64,000 bases of DNA from a virus. Shown here piece after piece: positions 8,481-17,377 of this stretch; position 1 is the stretch's first letter; each line of letters starts with the position of its first letter. The translations under genes were made by a program, and so were the position numbers. The notes beneath the pieces are model-generated. The model searched no databases. It saw only the letters and a list, made by a program, of their open reading frames with translations, and was not told the DNA's origin. Location: the IMG/VR virus record IMGVR_UViG_3300045988_126262; one strand, written 5' to 3'.

Positions 8481-9014
8481 ATGAGAAAAACGATATTAGA
8501 TGCCTGTTGTGGGGGAAAGATGTTCTACTTCGACAAACATGACGAAAGAGTTCTTTTTCAAGACATTCGAAAGGTATCTACTCATTTATGCGATGGTAGA
8601 TCATTTGAAGTAAATCCCGACATACAAGCCGACTTTACAAATATGCCCTACGAGGATAAATCTTTTTCGATGGTAGTTTTCGATCCGCCTCACTTATTAA
8701 GGAATGCTGGAAAGTCAAAGATGGCAGATATGTACGGAAGTTTGAACGAAAAAGCATCGCCAACAGGCTACCAACAAATTAAATACGGAGCTCTGTATTC
8801 AGATTGGCGTGATATGCTGGCAAAGGGATTTAAAGAATGTTTTCGAGTCCTGAAACCCGGAGGATTTTTGATTTTCAAATGGAACGAGACCGACATCAAA
8901 GTGTCGGAAGTTCTTAAACTCACACCTGAAAAGCCAATATTCGGGCATATATCCGGCAAACGTTCTAATACACATTGGATTTGTTTCATGAAAGATTTTA
9001 TAAAGGAGGAATAA
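8481..9014 (+). CDS. SAM-dependent methyltransferase (probable DNA methyltransferase)
   Basis: 177 aa. ILDACCGG (motif I-like) and VVFDPPH (motif IV-like). Adjacent to the other methyltransferase gene. Confidence 0.6.
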   Translation: MRKTILDACCGGKMFYFDKHDERVLFQDIRKVSTHLCDGRSFEVNPDIQADFTNMPYEDKSFSMVVFDPPHLLRNAGKSKMADMYGSLNEKASPTGYQQIKYGALYSDWRDMLAKGFKECFRVLKPGGFLIFKWNETDIKVSEVLKLTPEKPIFGHISGKRSNTHWICFMKDFIKEE

Positions 9015-9017
9015 GAG

Positions 9018-9335
9018 ATGTTTATTTTAAAATGGATAAAAGCAAAGAAAAACGGTATACCATTATATATTAAAGACAAATGGTATAATTATAGGGCGAT
9101 GATGACAGAAAGTGAAGCGAAAACAACAGATCATATACAGATATACGATGACAATGGAAAATATATCGTCCCCAAAAGAGGAGTTACTGTTAATGTTTTT
9201 TTCTCAAAAAAGAAAGTTATAGCTACTTATGTAATAATAGGGATTCATGAAGAATCGCGGAATAAGGATTGGTTATATGCTTACGATTGGGTAAATGTAG
9301 ATTTATTTTTCGTTGGAAATATAAAAAAGATATGA
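9018..9335 (+). CDS. hypothetical protein (105 aa)
   Basis: Track ORF. AAGGAGGAATAAGAG lies upstream of the ATG. Confidence 0.55.
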   Translation: MFILKWIKAKKNGIPLYIKDKWYNYRAMMTESEAKTTDHIQIYDDNGKYIVPKRGVTVNVFFSKKKVIATYVIIGIHEESRNKDWLYAYDWVNVDLFFVGNIKKI

Positions 9336-9350
9336 GAAAGGAGGAAAGCA

Positions 9351-9545
9351 ATGATTGAACGATTAAAATGCTGTATCAACATTCTGTTTGAAAAGCAATA
9401 TATCGTTTTTACGGCAGACAAATACAAGATGGGTAAGTTCGGATCAGGATATATCCGTACAACTAATAAAGCATTCTTACAAGCGGCCATTGAGGTTATA
9501 GAGGAAATAGATAGTCATCTTGTTGAAGTTAATGAGAAAAATTGA
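9351..9545 (+). CDS. hypothetical protein (64 aa)
   Basis: Track ORF. AAGGAGGAAAGCA lies upstream of the ATG. Confidence 0.5.
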   Translation: MIERLKCCINILFEKQYIVFTADKYKMGKFGSGYIRTTNKAFLQAAIEVIEEIDSHLVEVNEKN

Positions 9546-9551
9546 TAGGTA

Positions 9552-9875
9552 ATGAAAATAGAAGATATTGAGAAGAAGTCATTAGAATATGCCAAAACAG
9601 CAACCCCATCTTGTGTCTTTGGAGATTTTGATAAGTACGCAATAGCTGATGCTTTCGAGCATGGTGCAAACTGGCGTATCGATTCAGTGTGGCATTACAT
9701 AGATAAGAAGGAAATTCCCGAATGTTTTAAATCAATTCTATTGGAGTATAAAGAACAAGGAATACCTCTTATAAAGGTTGCAATAAGAGACCACTATGAT
9801 GATTCTTTCTTTATGGAAGGTTGGATACGTTGGGCATATGTAGAAGACTTGTTACCAAATAAACAGGAGGAATAG
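9552..9875 (+). CDS. hypothetical protein (107 aa)
   Basis: Track ORF with ATG start. Confidence 0.55.
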   Translation: MKIEDIEKKSLEYAKTATPSCVFGDFDKYAIADAFEHGANWRIDSVWHYIDKKEIPECFKSILLEYKEQGIPLIKVAIRDHYDDSFFMEGWIRWAYVEDLLPNKQEE

Positions 9876-9903
9876 AGGTTGAAAGACTTAAAAAGAAAAG
9901 AAT

Positions 9904-10074
9904 ATGACAGTACAAGAATTGATTGACGAACTTGAAAAAGTTCCAGATAAGTCAGCCGAAGTGTTTTATCTTTCAGATAGTGGCGATTTCTTTAATAATT
10001 TAGAAGTCTATTCTATGGGTAAGATATATGGAGACGACGAGGTTACAGAAGTTTATCTAATTAATGGAGATTGA
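9904..10074 (+). CDS. small hypothetical protein (56 aa)
   Basis: Hand-translated MTVQELIDELEKVPDKSAEVFYLSDSGDFFNNLEVYSMGKIYGDDEVTEVYLINGD. It fills the gap between two track ORFs. Confidence 0.45.
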   Translation: MTVQELIDELEKVPDKSAEVFYLSDSGDFFNNLEVYSMGKIYGDDEVTEVYLINGD

Positions 10075-10077
10075 AAT

Positions 10078-10803
10078 ATGAAGAAGATAGATTTAACAGG
10101 GAATAGGTATGGTCACCTTACTGTCCTGAAAGAAAATGGGAAACGAGGAAAGAATATTCTTTGGCTATGCCGTTGTGACTGTGGAAACGAAATAAATGTA
10201 ATTCCGTATAATCTAAAAAACGGTCATACGCAATCATGTGGATGTATTAGGGGAAATAATCGTATAACGCACCATAAATCAAAAAGTAGGCTATATAGAA
10301 TATGGAGGAGCATTAAAAGTAGATGTCTCAATGAAAATGTATCTCATTATAAATACTATGGTGGTAGAGGGATTTCATTATGCGAGAAATGGACGAACTC
10401 ATTTGAAAAGTTTTATGAGTGGGCTAACGCAAATGGGTATCAAGATAATTTGAGCATTGACCGAATAGATGTAAACGGCAATTACGAGCCATCAAATTGC
10501 CGTTGGACTAACGCAAAGAAACAGGCAAATAACAAAACAAATAACCGATTGATTGAGTATAACGGAGAAACCCATACTTTATCAGAGTGGTCAGACATAT
10601 TAGGTATTAACCACTTGACTATATCTAAAAGGATAGATGATTATGGTTGGGACATAAAGAGGGCATTTGAAACTCCTGTTCGAGATAGAATATCCGATGA
10701 AATGATTCAATGCGATTGTGGATGCGGAACAATTATTAGACGCTATTCTAAATATGGAAGAGAACGTAGATATGTTGTCGGACACAACAATAGAAAACGG
10801 TAA
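10078..10803 (+). CDS. HNH/AP2-type phage DNA-binding or homing-endonuclease-like protein
   Basis: 241 aa. Cys-rich N-terminus (CRCDCGNE...SCGC). SIDRIDVNGNYEPSNCRWTN is typical of phage HNH_3/AP2 proteins. C-terminal HTH-like TLSEWSDILGINHLTISKRI. Confidence 0.65.
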   Translation: MKKIDLTGNRYGHLTVLKENGKRGKNILWLCRCDCGNEINVIPYNLKNGHTQSCGCIRGNNRITHHKSKSRLYRIWRSIKSRCLNENVSHYKYYGGRGISLCEKWTNSFEKFYEWANANGYQDNLSIDRIDVNGNYEPSNCRWTNAKKQANNKTNNRLIEYNGETHTLSEWSDILGINHLTISKRIDDYGWDIKRAFETPVRDRISDEMIQCDCGCGTIIRRYSKYGRERRYVVGHNNRKR

Positions 10804-10847
10804 TAGAACCCCTATGTATTTGTGTATGATTTCGAACTGGTAAAGAA

Positions 10848-11384
10848 ATGGAAATAGATAAAATAGAGGCATTTGATTATATGCTCCACCTTTTTGAGGA
10901 GTGGCGGGATAATCATGAAACGATTAAGGGCAAGCCGTTTCCTAAACTTACAGCCATGAAACTGCTGTTTTTGGCTGCTGCTCCTAAGAAAGATAGAGGC
11001 GATGACCTTTTGGATATATTCGATAATTTCTATGCTATGCCATATGGCCCGGTGGAGAGTGATGTATATAATGCAATGTGCGAAGATAAACTTCCTTCGT
11101 TTTCGGTTAAATATCGTAGTATTGAACCAAGAGAAGGTGCGGAACCGTATAACGCAAAAAGATATAATTGCAAGCTTTATCACAGAGTAAGAAATGCTGT
11201 AAATGACCTGAGAGAGAAAAACGAAAAATTGGTATTACTAAATGCTTTTGAACTAGTAGAGATTACTCATAGATGGTCTAGTTGGAATCGGGCGATGGAT
11301 TTTGCTGAATTTATGAAGCAATTGAGTGCCAAGATGTCTATTGATTCTATTAGGGATTCAAGCAAGATATTCGATTTAAAATGA
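10848..11384 (+). CDS. Panacea (DUF4065)-like domain protein
   Basis: 178 aa. TAMKLLFLAAA...FYAMPYGPVESDVYNAM matches the KLQKLLY...AW.YGPV core of the Panacea/SocA-like antitoxin domain. Confidence 0.55.
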   Translation: MEIDKIEAFDYMLHLFEEWRDNHETIKGKPFPKLTAMKLLFLAAAPKKDRGDDLLDIFDNFYAMPYGPVESDVYNAMCEDKLPSFSVKYRSIEPREGAEPYNAKRYNCKLYHRVRNAVNDLREKNEKLVLLNAFELVEITHRWSSWNRAMDFAEFMKQLSAKMSIDSIRDSSKIFDLK

Positions 11385-11393
11385 AATATAATC

Positions 11394-12110
11394 ATGGAAA
11401 GAAAAGTAGGAGAAATATTTGAGTACAACGGTGAATGGTATAAGTGTATTGAACAACCCAAAGATTATATAGGTGATGTTTGCAAAATCTGTTCTTTTAG
11501 TGGAATAGGAAATTGTGAGCTTGATAGATGTGTCGAAACTTATAGAAGTGATGGTAAATCTGTCATTTTCAAGAAACTTGAAAAGGTCGGAGAGCCATTT
11601 GTATATGATGGCAGAATAATGCAAAAATATAAGGACGTTTATAGCCCTACAATTTTCACCTATAAATCATTGTACTGTTATAATGGACTCGATGGAAGAA
11701 TATGTATAGAAATACCCAAAAACAAAGAAAATATGGAAGAAAAGAAATTGAACTTAAAAGAATTTAACATTGAAGCAGCCAAAGCTGGTAAGCCAGTCTG
11801 CACAAGAGACGGAAGAAAGGTAAGGATTATTTGCTTTGACGCAGAATGTAATAAGCCAATTGTTGCTTTAATATACGATTGTAATAAAGAAACTGTTTTT
11901 CAATATCTTAAAAGTGGTAGATTTTTTGTTGACCAGATTGATAAATATGATCTCATGATGCTCCCCCAGAAGAAAGAGGGGTGGGTTAATATCTATAAAG
12001 ATTTCGAGGATACAGTTTGTTGTATTTATTCAACAGAAAAAGAAGCTCTTGAAGAGAAAGAAACAGAAGAAGATTACATCACAACCGTTAAAATCGAGTG
12101 GGAGGAGTAA
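11394..12110 (+). CDS. hypothetical protein (238 aa)
   Basis: Track ORF. Cys-rich N-terminus. No motif recognised. Confidence 0.6.
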   Translation: MERKVGEIFEYNGEWYKCIEQPKDYIGDVCKICSFSGIGNCELDRCVETYRSDGKSVIFKKLEKVGEPFVYDGRIMQKYKDVYSPTIFTYKSLYCYNGLDGRICIEIPKNKENMEEKKLNLKEFNIEAAKAGKPVCTRDGRKVRIICFDAECNKPIVALIYDCNKETVFQYLKSGRFFVDQIDKYDLMMLPQKKEGWVNIYKDFEDTVCCIYSTEKEALEEKETEEDYITTVKIEWEE

Positions 12111-12112
12111 CA

Positions 12113-12379
12113 ATGAAGACAGATAAAAGACTAAAACCATGTCCTTTTTGTGGTAAAATACCACAAATATATGTTTGTGACGAAGAAGGGAATATACATA
12201 TTGACGAATACGAAAATGATCCGTGGAGTGGATTGTGTTATGCAATATGCCACGATATAAGCAATTGCGATTGTGATAATGTTGATTGTCCTATTGCCAC
12301 ACATGAAGGAGAGATATTAGGGACTCAGCTTTATGAAAGTATTGATGAACTTGTAGAAAAATGGAATAAAAGGTTTTGA
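12113..12379 (+). CDS. Lar-family restriction-alleviation-like zinc protein
   Basis: 88 aa counted from the ATG just after the preceding stop codon. LKPCPFCGK at the N-terminus is the Lar-family hallmark. Confidence 0.5.
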   Translation: MKTDKRLKPCPFCGKIPQIYVCDEEGNIHIDEYENDPWSGLCYAICHDISNCDCDNVDCPIATHEGEILGTQLYESIDELVEKWNKRF

Positions 12380-12380
12380 T

Positions 12381-12815
12381 ATGAACATCGAAATATTGAA
12401 AGAGGAATACAGCCGGAAAATGGAGAAGGCTCTGAGAAGGGGCGACTTCGATCTGTTTGAAAACTTACGAAGGCAATACGACCGGCTACTGCAAACCCGT
12501 GAGCAAGTCACGGCAAAAACAATCACCGACACCATGAGCAAAGAGGACAAAGAGAAATGCAATCGCCTCCTGAGAAAAATCCCAGTGTTGGCGGACATTG
12601 CAGAATCCTCCGCCGTCGATTTACTTTCACTACTGAAAAAATACGACGGAACTGTTTCCCTTCCTATGCTGGAAGAACTGAGAGCTTTCAACCACATTGC
12701 CCGTGACCTGCGATCCATCATAGACCGTGTAGGAGACGAATCTTTTGCCATTTCCTTTGGAGATACATGTGACAGGGTGAACGAAAAAATCGAAAGCATA
12801 TTTGATGAAAATTAG
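12381..12815 (+). CDS. hypothetical protein (144 aa)
   Basis: Track ORF. The antisense ORF 12317..12799 is judged to be a shadow. Confidence 0.55.
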   Translation: MNIEILKEEYSRKMEKALRRGDFDLFENLRRQYDRLLQTREQVTAKTITDTMSKEDKEKCNRLLRKIPVLADIAESSAVDLLSLLKKYDGTVSLPMLEELRAFNHIARDLRSIIDRVGDESFAISFGDTCDRVNEKIESIFDEN

Positions 12816-12850
12816 GAGTAAAATATGAGTTATAAAAAATTATTTGAAAC

Positions 12851-13060
12851 ATGATTGAGAGTATATACAAGTCATATCCTTTCTGCGAGAATTGGGAGAA
12901 GAAACATTGCAAGAGTGTCATTGAGGAAGCCTATCAGTGGGGTGAACAACTCAAAAAGAAAAATATTAAGCAAAAAATTAATACAAGAATAAACATGATG
13001 AGATTTTATAATGGGACGAAGCAGGATATAAATGGGAACTGCAAAGTTACCAAAAGTTAA
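12851..13060 (+). CDS. hypothetical protein (69 aa)
   Basis: Track ORF with ATG start. Confidence 0.45.
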   Translation: MIESIYKSYPFCENWEKKHCKSVIEEAYQWGEQLKKKNIKQKINTRINMMRFYNGTKQDINGNCKVTKS

Positions 13061-13172
13061 ACTCTTGATTATGAGTAAAATAAGGCTGTAAATATTTGGT
13101 TAACTCACTGATAATGAGTATCTTTACAATACTAAAACAAACAACATTACTAACAATTAAAAGACAAAAACG
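13045..13172 (+). promoter_or_regulatory. family-A promoter plus leader cassette, copy 1
   Basis: ~128-bp repeat shared with 25601.. and 34468... TTTG at 13095-13098, a 20-nt spacer, TATCTTTA at 13119-13126, then an A/C-rich leader running up to the ATG. Confidence 0.7.
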
Positions 13173-13355
13173 ATGAAAGTAAAAGAAATAATGGTAGGTT
13201 TGAGATACAGAATTTCGGGTGATTTACAAAATGGGAATTATGTAACGCACGATGATGTAGTGCGAAAAATAACACGCATTACCGATACACATGTGATATG
13301 TGAATGTGGTCGCATATTTATTATAAATAGTAATCTAAAGATTGAAAAATTCTAA
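13173..13355 (+). CDS. hypothetical protein (60 aa)
   Basis: First ORF after family-A promoter copy 1. Confidence 0.5.
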   Translation: MKVKEIMVGLRYRISGDLQNGNYVTHDDVVRKITRITDTHVICECGRIFIINSNLKIEKF

Positions 13356-13398
13356 GTTTAACCGACAGGGCGAAAGCCCTATATAACACATAAGAGCA

Positions 13399-13689
13399 AT
13401 GAAAACATTTGATTTTTATCAGGACCGCAAAGTAACATGTTGGGAGCGTACTCAGTTTTCTATCGAAGCAGAAAGTTATAAAGAAGCGTTAGAAATAATA
13501 AAATCATGGGAAGGTGAAGATGTACTTTGTTTTGAAGATGACAAGCAGATAATGGTTACAGACGGAGAAACTTTATATGAAACATCAGAGGCTATTTCTC
13601 CTATTGATAACGGAGGTAGACCAACTATAGAAGTATTTGATAGTACAGGTAACAAAATTACTGATAATGTCATGAAAACACGATTATGA
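13399..13689 (+). CDS. hypothetical acidic protein (96 aa)
   Basis: Preceded by a GGGCGAAAGCCC hairpin and by the TAAGAGCAATG start context. Confidence 0.55.
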   Translation: MKTFDFYQDRKVTCWERTQFSIEAESYKEALEIIKSWEGEDVLCFEDDKQIMVTDGETLYETSEAISPIDNGGRPTIEVFDSTGNKITDNVMKTRL

Positions 13690-13982
13690 AAGTATATAAC
13701 TCTAATGGTATATTGGTAGCAGAAGGCTACTTGGTGTCCAATCCTAATTTTGTCCCCAAAGGTGAATACAAAGAAACAGAATTGGACAGATACAAACGTA
13801 GTGTTGATTTTCGGATAACGAACTGTGGTAACAGGTATGAAATCATCTTCAATAAGCCTGTTGTTCTCAAAGAGACACGCTCTATCAAGCGCATAAGCAG
13901 CAAAAACAGTTACGCATACCTTGTTACAGAAAAAGCCTTAGAAAGCCTGAAAAAGCAATATACTCACGCTTGCGATTTCTAA
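13686..13982 (+). CDS. hypothetical protein (98 aa)
   Basis: ATGA overlap with the previous gene. Confidence 0.55.
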   Translation: MKVYNSNGILVAEGYLVSNPNFVPKGEYKETELDRYKRSVDFRITNCGNRYEIIFNKPVVLKETRSIKRISSKNSYAYLVTEKALESLKKQYTHACDF

Positions 13983-14027
13983 TCTTATTATCATAAAAAG
14001 TTTATTTACAAATTAAATTATCATACA

Positions 14028-14789
14028 ATGGACAAACAAATAGCATCTGTTTATGAAACATACGACTACGATAAGTTTCATATCATGGAAAAAGGGAATA
14101 GGGAAATTGACCATTACAAGAAGATTGCAACTCAAATGAATGAGCAATTCCTATTTACAGTTATTATTGTGAATGAAAAATTTGAAATAATAGATGGGCA
14201 AAACCGTTTTCTTGCATCAAAGGAACTACATAAACCTATAAGATACATCATAGTAGAAGGATACGGCGTTGAGCAGGTGCGTATGTATAATATGGAAGCT
14301 CGGAATTGGCAAAAAAAAGACTTTGTTAAATCCTATGCAGATGAAGGTAAAAGAGAGTATGTGAAGATAATGGAGTTTCAAAAAAGGTATCCAGATTTCC
14401 CAATCTCTATATGCGAATTTTTCTTGCGAATGTCTTTGACTTGTGATTATGATAAAAAGAGACACCTAAACCATAGTGCCATACGAAGAGGTCTTTTTGT
14501 TATAAAAGATTTTGAAACCTCATGCAAACTAGCAGATATGGTAATGGCTTATAAACCCTTTTGTGAAAACCAGAGTTCACCAATATACAGGAGAAGGGAG
14601 TTTGTAGCAGCTATTATAAAGCTATATCGATGTGAAGACTTTGACAATGAGCTCGTATTAAAGAAAATAAAACTCAATCCCCGTGCTTTCACTCCATGTG
14701 TAAATTCCGATGATTATATCAGAATGATCGAAGATATAGTGAATTTCAGAAGTAGGAATAAGGTGAGATTTAATGTATATTCAAAATAG
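14028..14789 (+). CDS. ParB/sulfiredoxin-like (DGQHR-like) nuclease-domain protein
   Basis: 253 aa. FEIIDGQNRFLASKEL matches the ParB N-terminal / DGQHR-type motif. Confidence 0.6.
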   Translation: MDKQIASVYETYDYDKFHIMEKGNREIDHYKKIATQMNEQFLFTVIIVNEKFEIIDGQNRFLASKELHKPIRYIIVEGYGVEQVRMYNMEARNWQKKDFVKSYADEGKREYVKIMEFQKRYPDFPISICEFFLRMSLTCDYDKKRHLNHSAIRRGLFVIKDFETSCKLADMVMAYKPFCENQSSPIYRRREFVAAIIKLYRCEDFDNELVLKKIKLNPRAFTPCVNSDDYIRMIEDIVNFRSRNKVRFNVYSK

Positions 14790-14798
14790 CAATAAAGG

Positions 14799-14901
14799 CA
14801 GTAAATATCGCTGATTCTCTCACAGTAGAGTTTAAGAAATATATTTATATATTTCATTTCTTAAATCTTGCTACCTGAAAGGAGTGTCAGCGATATTACT
14901 G
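14799..14901. repeat. nested inverted repeat (~103 bp)
   Basis: Outer arms CAGTAAATATCGCTGA (14799-14814) and TCAGCGATATTACTG (14887-14901). Inner arms TTTAAGAAAT (14831-14840) and ATTTCTTAAA (14856-14865). Confidence 0.7.
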
Positions 14902-14986
14902 TATCTGTATCAAATTTGCCGCTCAACGGAGAATGCAGGAAAACACTAAAACTGGCGAATATAGTAGATTAAACAAATTTAGTCTT

Positions 14987-15023
14987 AAAAGTATATGAAA
15001 TTCATTCACTTTTACTATTTTTG
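14987..15023 (+). promoter_or_regulatory. family-B (palindrome plus -7 box) promoter, copy 1
   Basis: Palindrome aaaagtatatgaaattcattcactttt at 14987-15013, then TATTTTTG (TAnnTTTG) at 15016-15023. The conserved CGTATGAAG follows. Confidence 0.65.
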
Positions 15024-15043
15024 AAAAAAAATCGTATGAAGTA

Positions 15044-15826
15044 ATGCGAAACATGCCTATGGACGAAATTAAAATTTTTGAGAATGAGCAATTCGGAAAA
15101 GTAAGAATTGCAATGAGTGAGAGTAACGAGCCATTGTTTTGCTTGGCAGATGTGTGCAGTATTATAGGCATTACTAACGCAAGAAATGTCAGGTCAAGAC
15201 TTGAAGAAGATGATGTCCGCCAAATGGACACCATAGATTCGTTAGGTAGAAATCAACAAGTTACATTTATAACAGAAAGCGGTTTATATGATGTGATAAT
15301 TCGTAGTGACAGCGAAAAAGCAAAGCCGTTTCGCAAATGGGTGACAAGTGAAGTTCTCCCTTCTATCCGAAAACATGGCGTATACCTGACAAACGAAACA
15401 CTTGAAAAGGCTCTTTTATCTCCAGATTATTTAATTAAACTTGCTACCCAAATTAAAGAAGAACGCCAAAAGCGCATTGAAGCGGAAAAAAAAGTAGCTG
15501 AAGCCGCACCGTCAGTTGCATTTACGAATGCGGTTCAATCTTCTAATACTTCTTGCTTGATTGGAGAACTTGCTAAATTAATTGCTCAGAACGGTTATCC
15601 AATCGGAGAAAAGCGGTTATTCGCATGGCTGCGTGAAAACGGATATCTTGGGAAACATGGTGAACGGTACAATATCCCCAATCAGCAATATATTGAACAA
15701 GGATTATTTGAGTTGAAAAAAGGAGTACGGTCTGGTAATGGTGGCGTATTACATACCACTATAACACCGAAAATAACCGGAAAAGGACAAGTATATTTTG
15801 TAAACAAATTCCTTAGAAATCAATAA
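15044..15826 (+). CDS. Bro-N / KilAC-domain phage antirepressor
   Basis: 260 aa. Bro-N block FGKVRIAM..EPLFCLADVC...ESGLYDVIIRSDSEKAKPFRKWVTSEVLPSIRKHG. C-terminal KilAC-like LIGELAKLIAQNGYPIGEKRLFAWLRENGYL. Confidence 0.8.
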   Translation: MRNMPMDEIKIFENEQFGKVRIAMSESNEPLFCLADVCSIIGITNARNVRSRLEEDDVRQMDTIDSLGRNQQVTFITESGLYDVIIRSDSEKAKPFRKWVTSEVLPSIRKHGVYLTNETLEKALLSPDYLIKLATQIKEERQKRIEAEKKVAEAAPSVAFTNAVQSSNTSCLIGELAKLIAQNGYPIGEKRLFAWLRENGYLGKHGERYNIPNQQYIEQGLFELKKGVRSGNGGVLHTTITPKITGKGQVYFVNKFLRNQ

Positions 15827-15867
15827 TAAATACACAGTGTGAAGATGCACTGCACAATTATACAATC

Positions 15868-17274
15868 ATGGACGAAATAACCGCTATATTAAACAGTGCC
15901 CGACCCGTTGATAATATTATCAATGACTTAAAAAGAAAATCCGTTTGTGTTCCTTCATGGGAATTTCTTATTAAAGCGTATGAACCATCATTCCATGAAA
16001 TAGCCAAAGATACTATAACACGAAAAGATAAAATACGCAAAGACGGGACAAAAGAAGAAGCATCACGCATTTACATTGGCCTTGAAAAGCTGCTTACAAA
16101 GCGTATGACTGAGTTCATGTTTGCCATTCCTGTAAAACGTATCTACCACAACACAGAAGGATTTGAAGTCCGCCAACAGATAGCAAAGGCTATAGAGGCA
16201 ATTTACAAGTATGCCCGAATCGATACAGAAAATATTAAACGTGCAAATGCGTATTTCGCCTCATGCGAAATTTTCACAATTTGGTACGTAGTAGAAAAGA
16301 CCAATACATTATATGGTTTTAATAGTAAGTATAAGCTAAAATGCAAAACATACTCGCCAATGGAGGGAGTAAAACTATATCCATTGATCGACGAGCTTGA
16401 CGATATGCTTGCAATGTCCTTTGAATACACCAAAAGGGTAAAGGACGAAGTAATTACTTATTTTGAGACATACACATCGGACAAACATTATAAATGGAAA
16501 CAAAATGGTAAAGGTTGGGAACCTGTCGGAACTGTTGAACAAATACGATTAATGAAAATACCCGGTGCATACGCATTTAGACCTGTACCTATATACCACG
16601 GATTAACTCGTATTCGCAAAGAATTGGAATATACACTTTCTCGTAACTCCGACGTGATTGCCTATAATTCAGCACCAATTTTGAAAATAGCCGGTGGTAT
16701 AAAAGGTGGAGAAGATAAAGGAGAAAGCCGTAGAGTTTACCGTGTGGAATATAATGGAGACGTATCGTATGTATCATGGTCGCAATCTATCGAAGCATTG
16801 AAGTATCATGTGGAAACCCTGCTTAAACTCTATTGGATGCAATCGCAGATGCCGGACGTTTCTTTTGACAACATGAAGTCTTTGGGGAACATAGGTTACG
16901 ATGCCAGACAAATGCTTTTGACCGACGCACACTTAAAGGTTGGAGACGAAAGCGGCTCATGGATTGAGCTTTTCGAACGTGAGGCAAGTGTCATCAAAGA
17001 ATTTTTAAAGCACATGAACACATCATGGGAAAGCGAAATTGATAATATAGAGATTGAACATATCATTACCCCCTTCATACAACAAGATGAAGATGCCACA
17101 GCAGATCGCTTATTGAAACTTAATGGCGGAAAACCAGTCATGTCTCAGCTTGAATCTATCCAACAGGCAGGTTATAGCAATGACGCGCAGGCTACATTGG
17201 AACAGATACGGCAAGAGGAGACTATCACTTCACAAAGCAGGGTCGACAATATATTTGGAGAGTCAGCAATTTAA
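15868..17274 (+). CDS. portal protein (SPP1 gp6-like)
   Basis: 468 aa. Size, charge pattern and its position immediately upstream of a MuF/gp7-type minor head gene support the call. It is the only portal-sized candidate in the window. Confidence 0.7.
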   Translation: MDEITAILNSARPVDNIINDLKRKSVCVPSWEFLIKAYEPSFHEIAKDTITRKDKIRKDGTKEEASRIYIGLEKLLTKRMTEFMFAIPVKRIYHNTEGFEVRQQIAKAIEAIYKYARIDTENIKRANAYFASCEIFTIWYVVEKTNTLYGFNSKYKLKCKTYSPMEGVKLYPLIDELDDMLAMSFEYTKRVKDEVITYFETYTSDKHYKWKQNGKGWEPVGTVEQIRLMKIPGAYAFRPVPIYHGLTRIRKELEYTLSRNSDVIAYNSAPILKIAGGIKGGEDKGESRRVYRVEYNGDVSYVSWSQSIEALKYHVETLLKLYWMQSQMPDVSFDNMKSLGNIGYDARQMLLTDAHLKVGDESGSWIELFEREASVIKEFLKHMNTSWESEIDNIEIEHIITPFIQQDEDATADRLLKLNGGKPVMSQLESIQQAGYSNDAQATLEQIRQEETITSQSRVDNIFGESAI

Positions 17275-17377
17275 TTAGATAATTATGGGAAATATCAGTT
17301 TTCAAGATAAAGGTGGCGTGGGTATATTGCTTATGCCGCTGGCTTAAAATATATCTTAAAGCTATAAAACGGCATGT

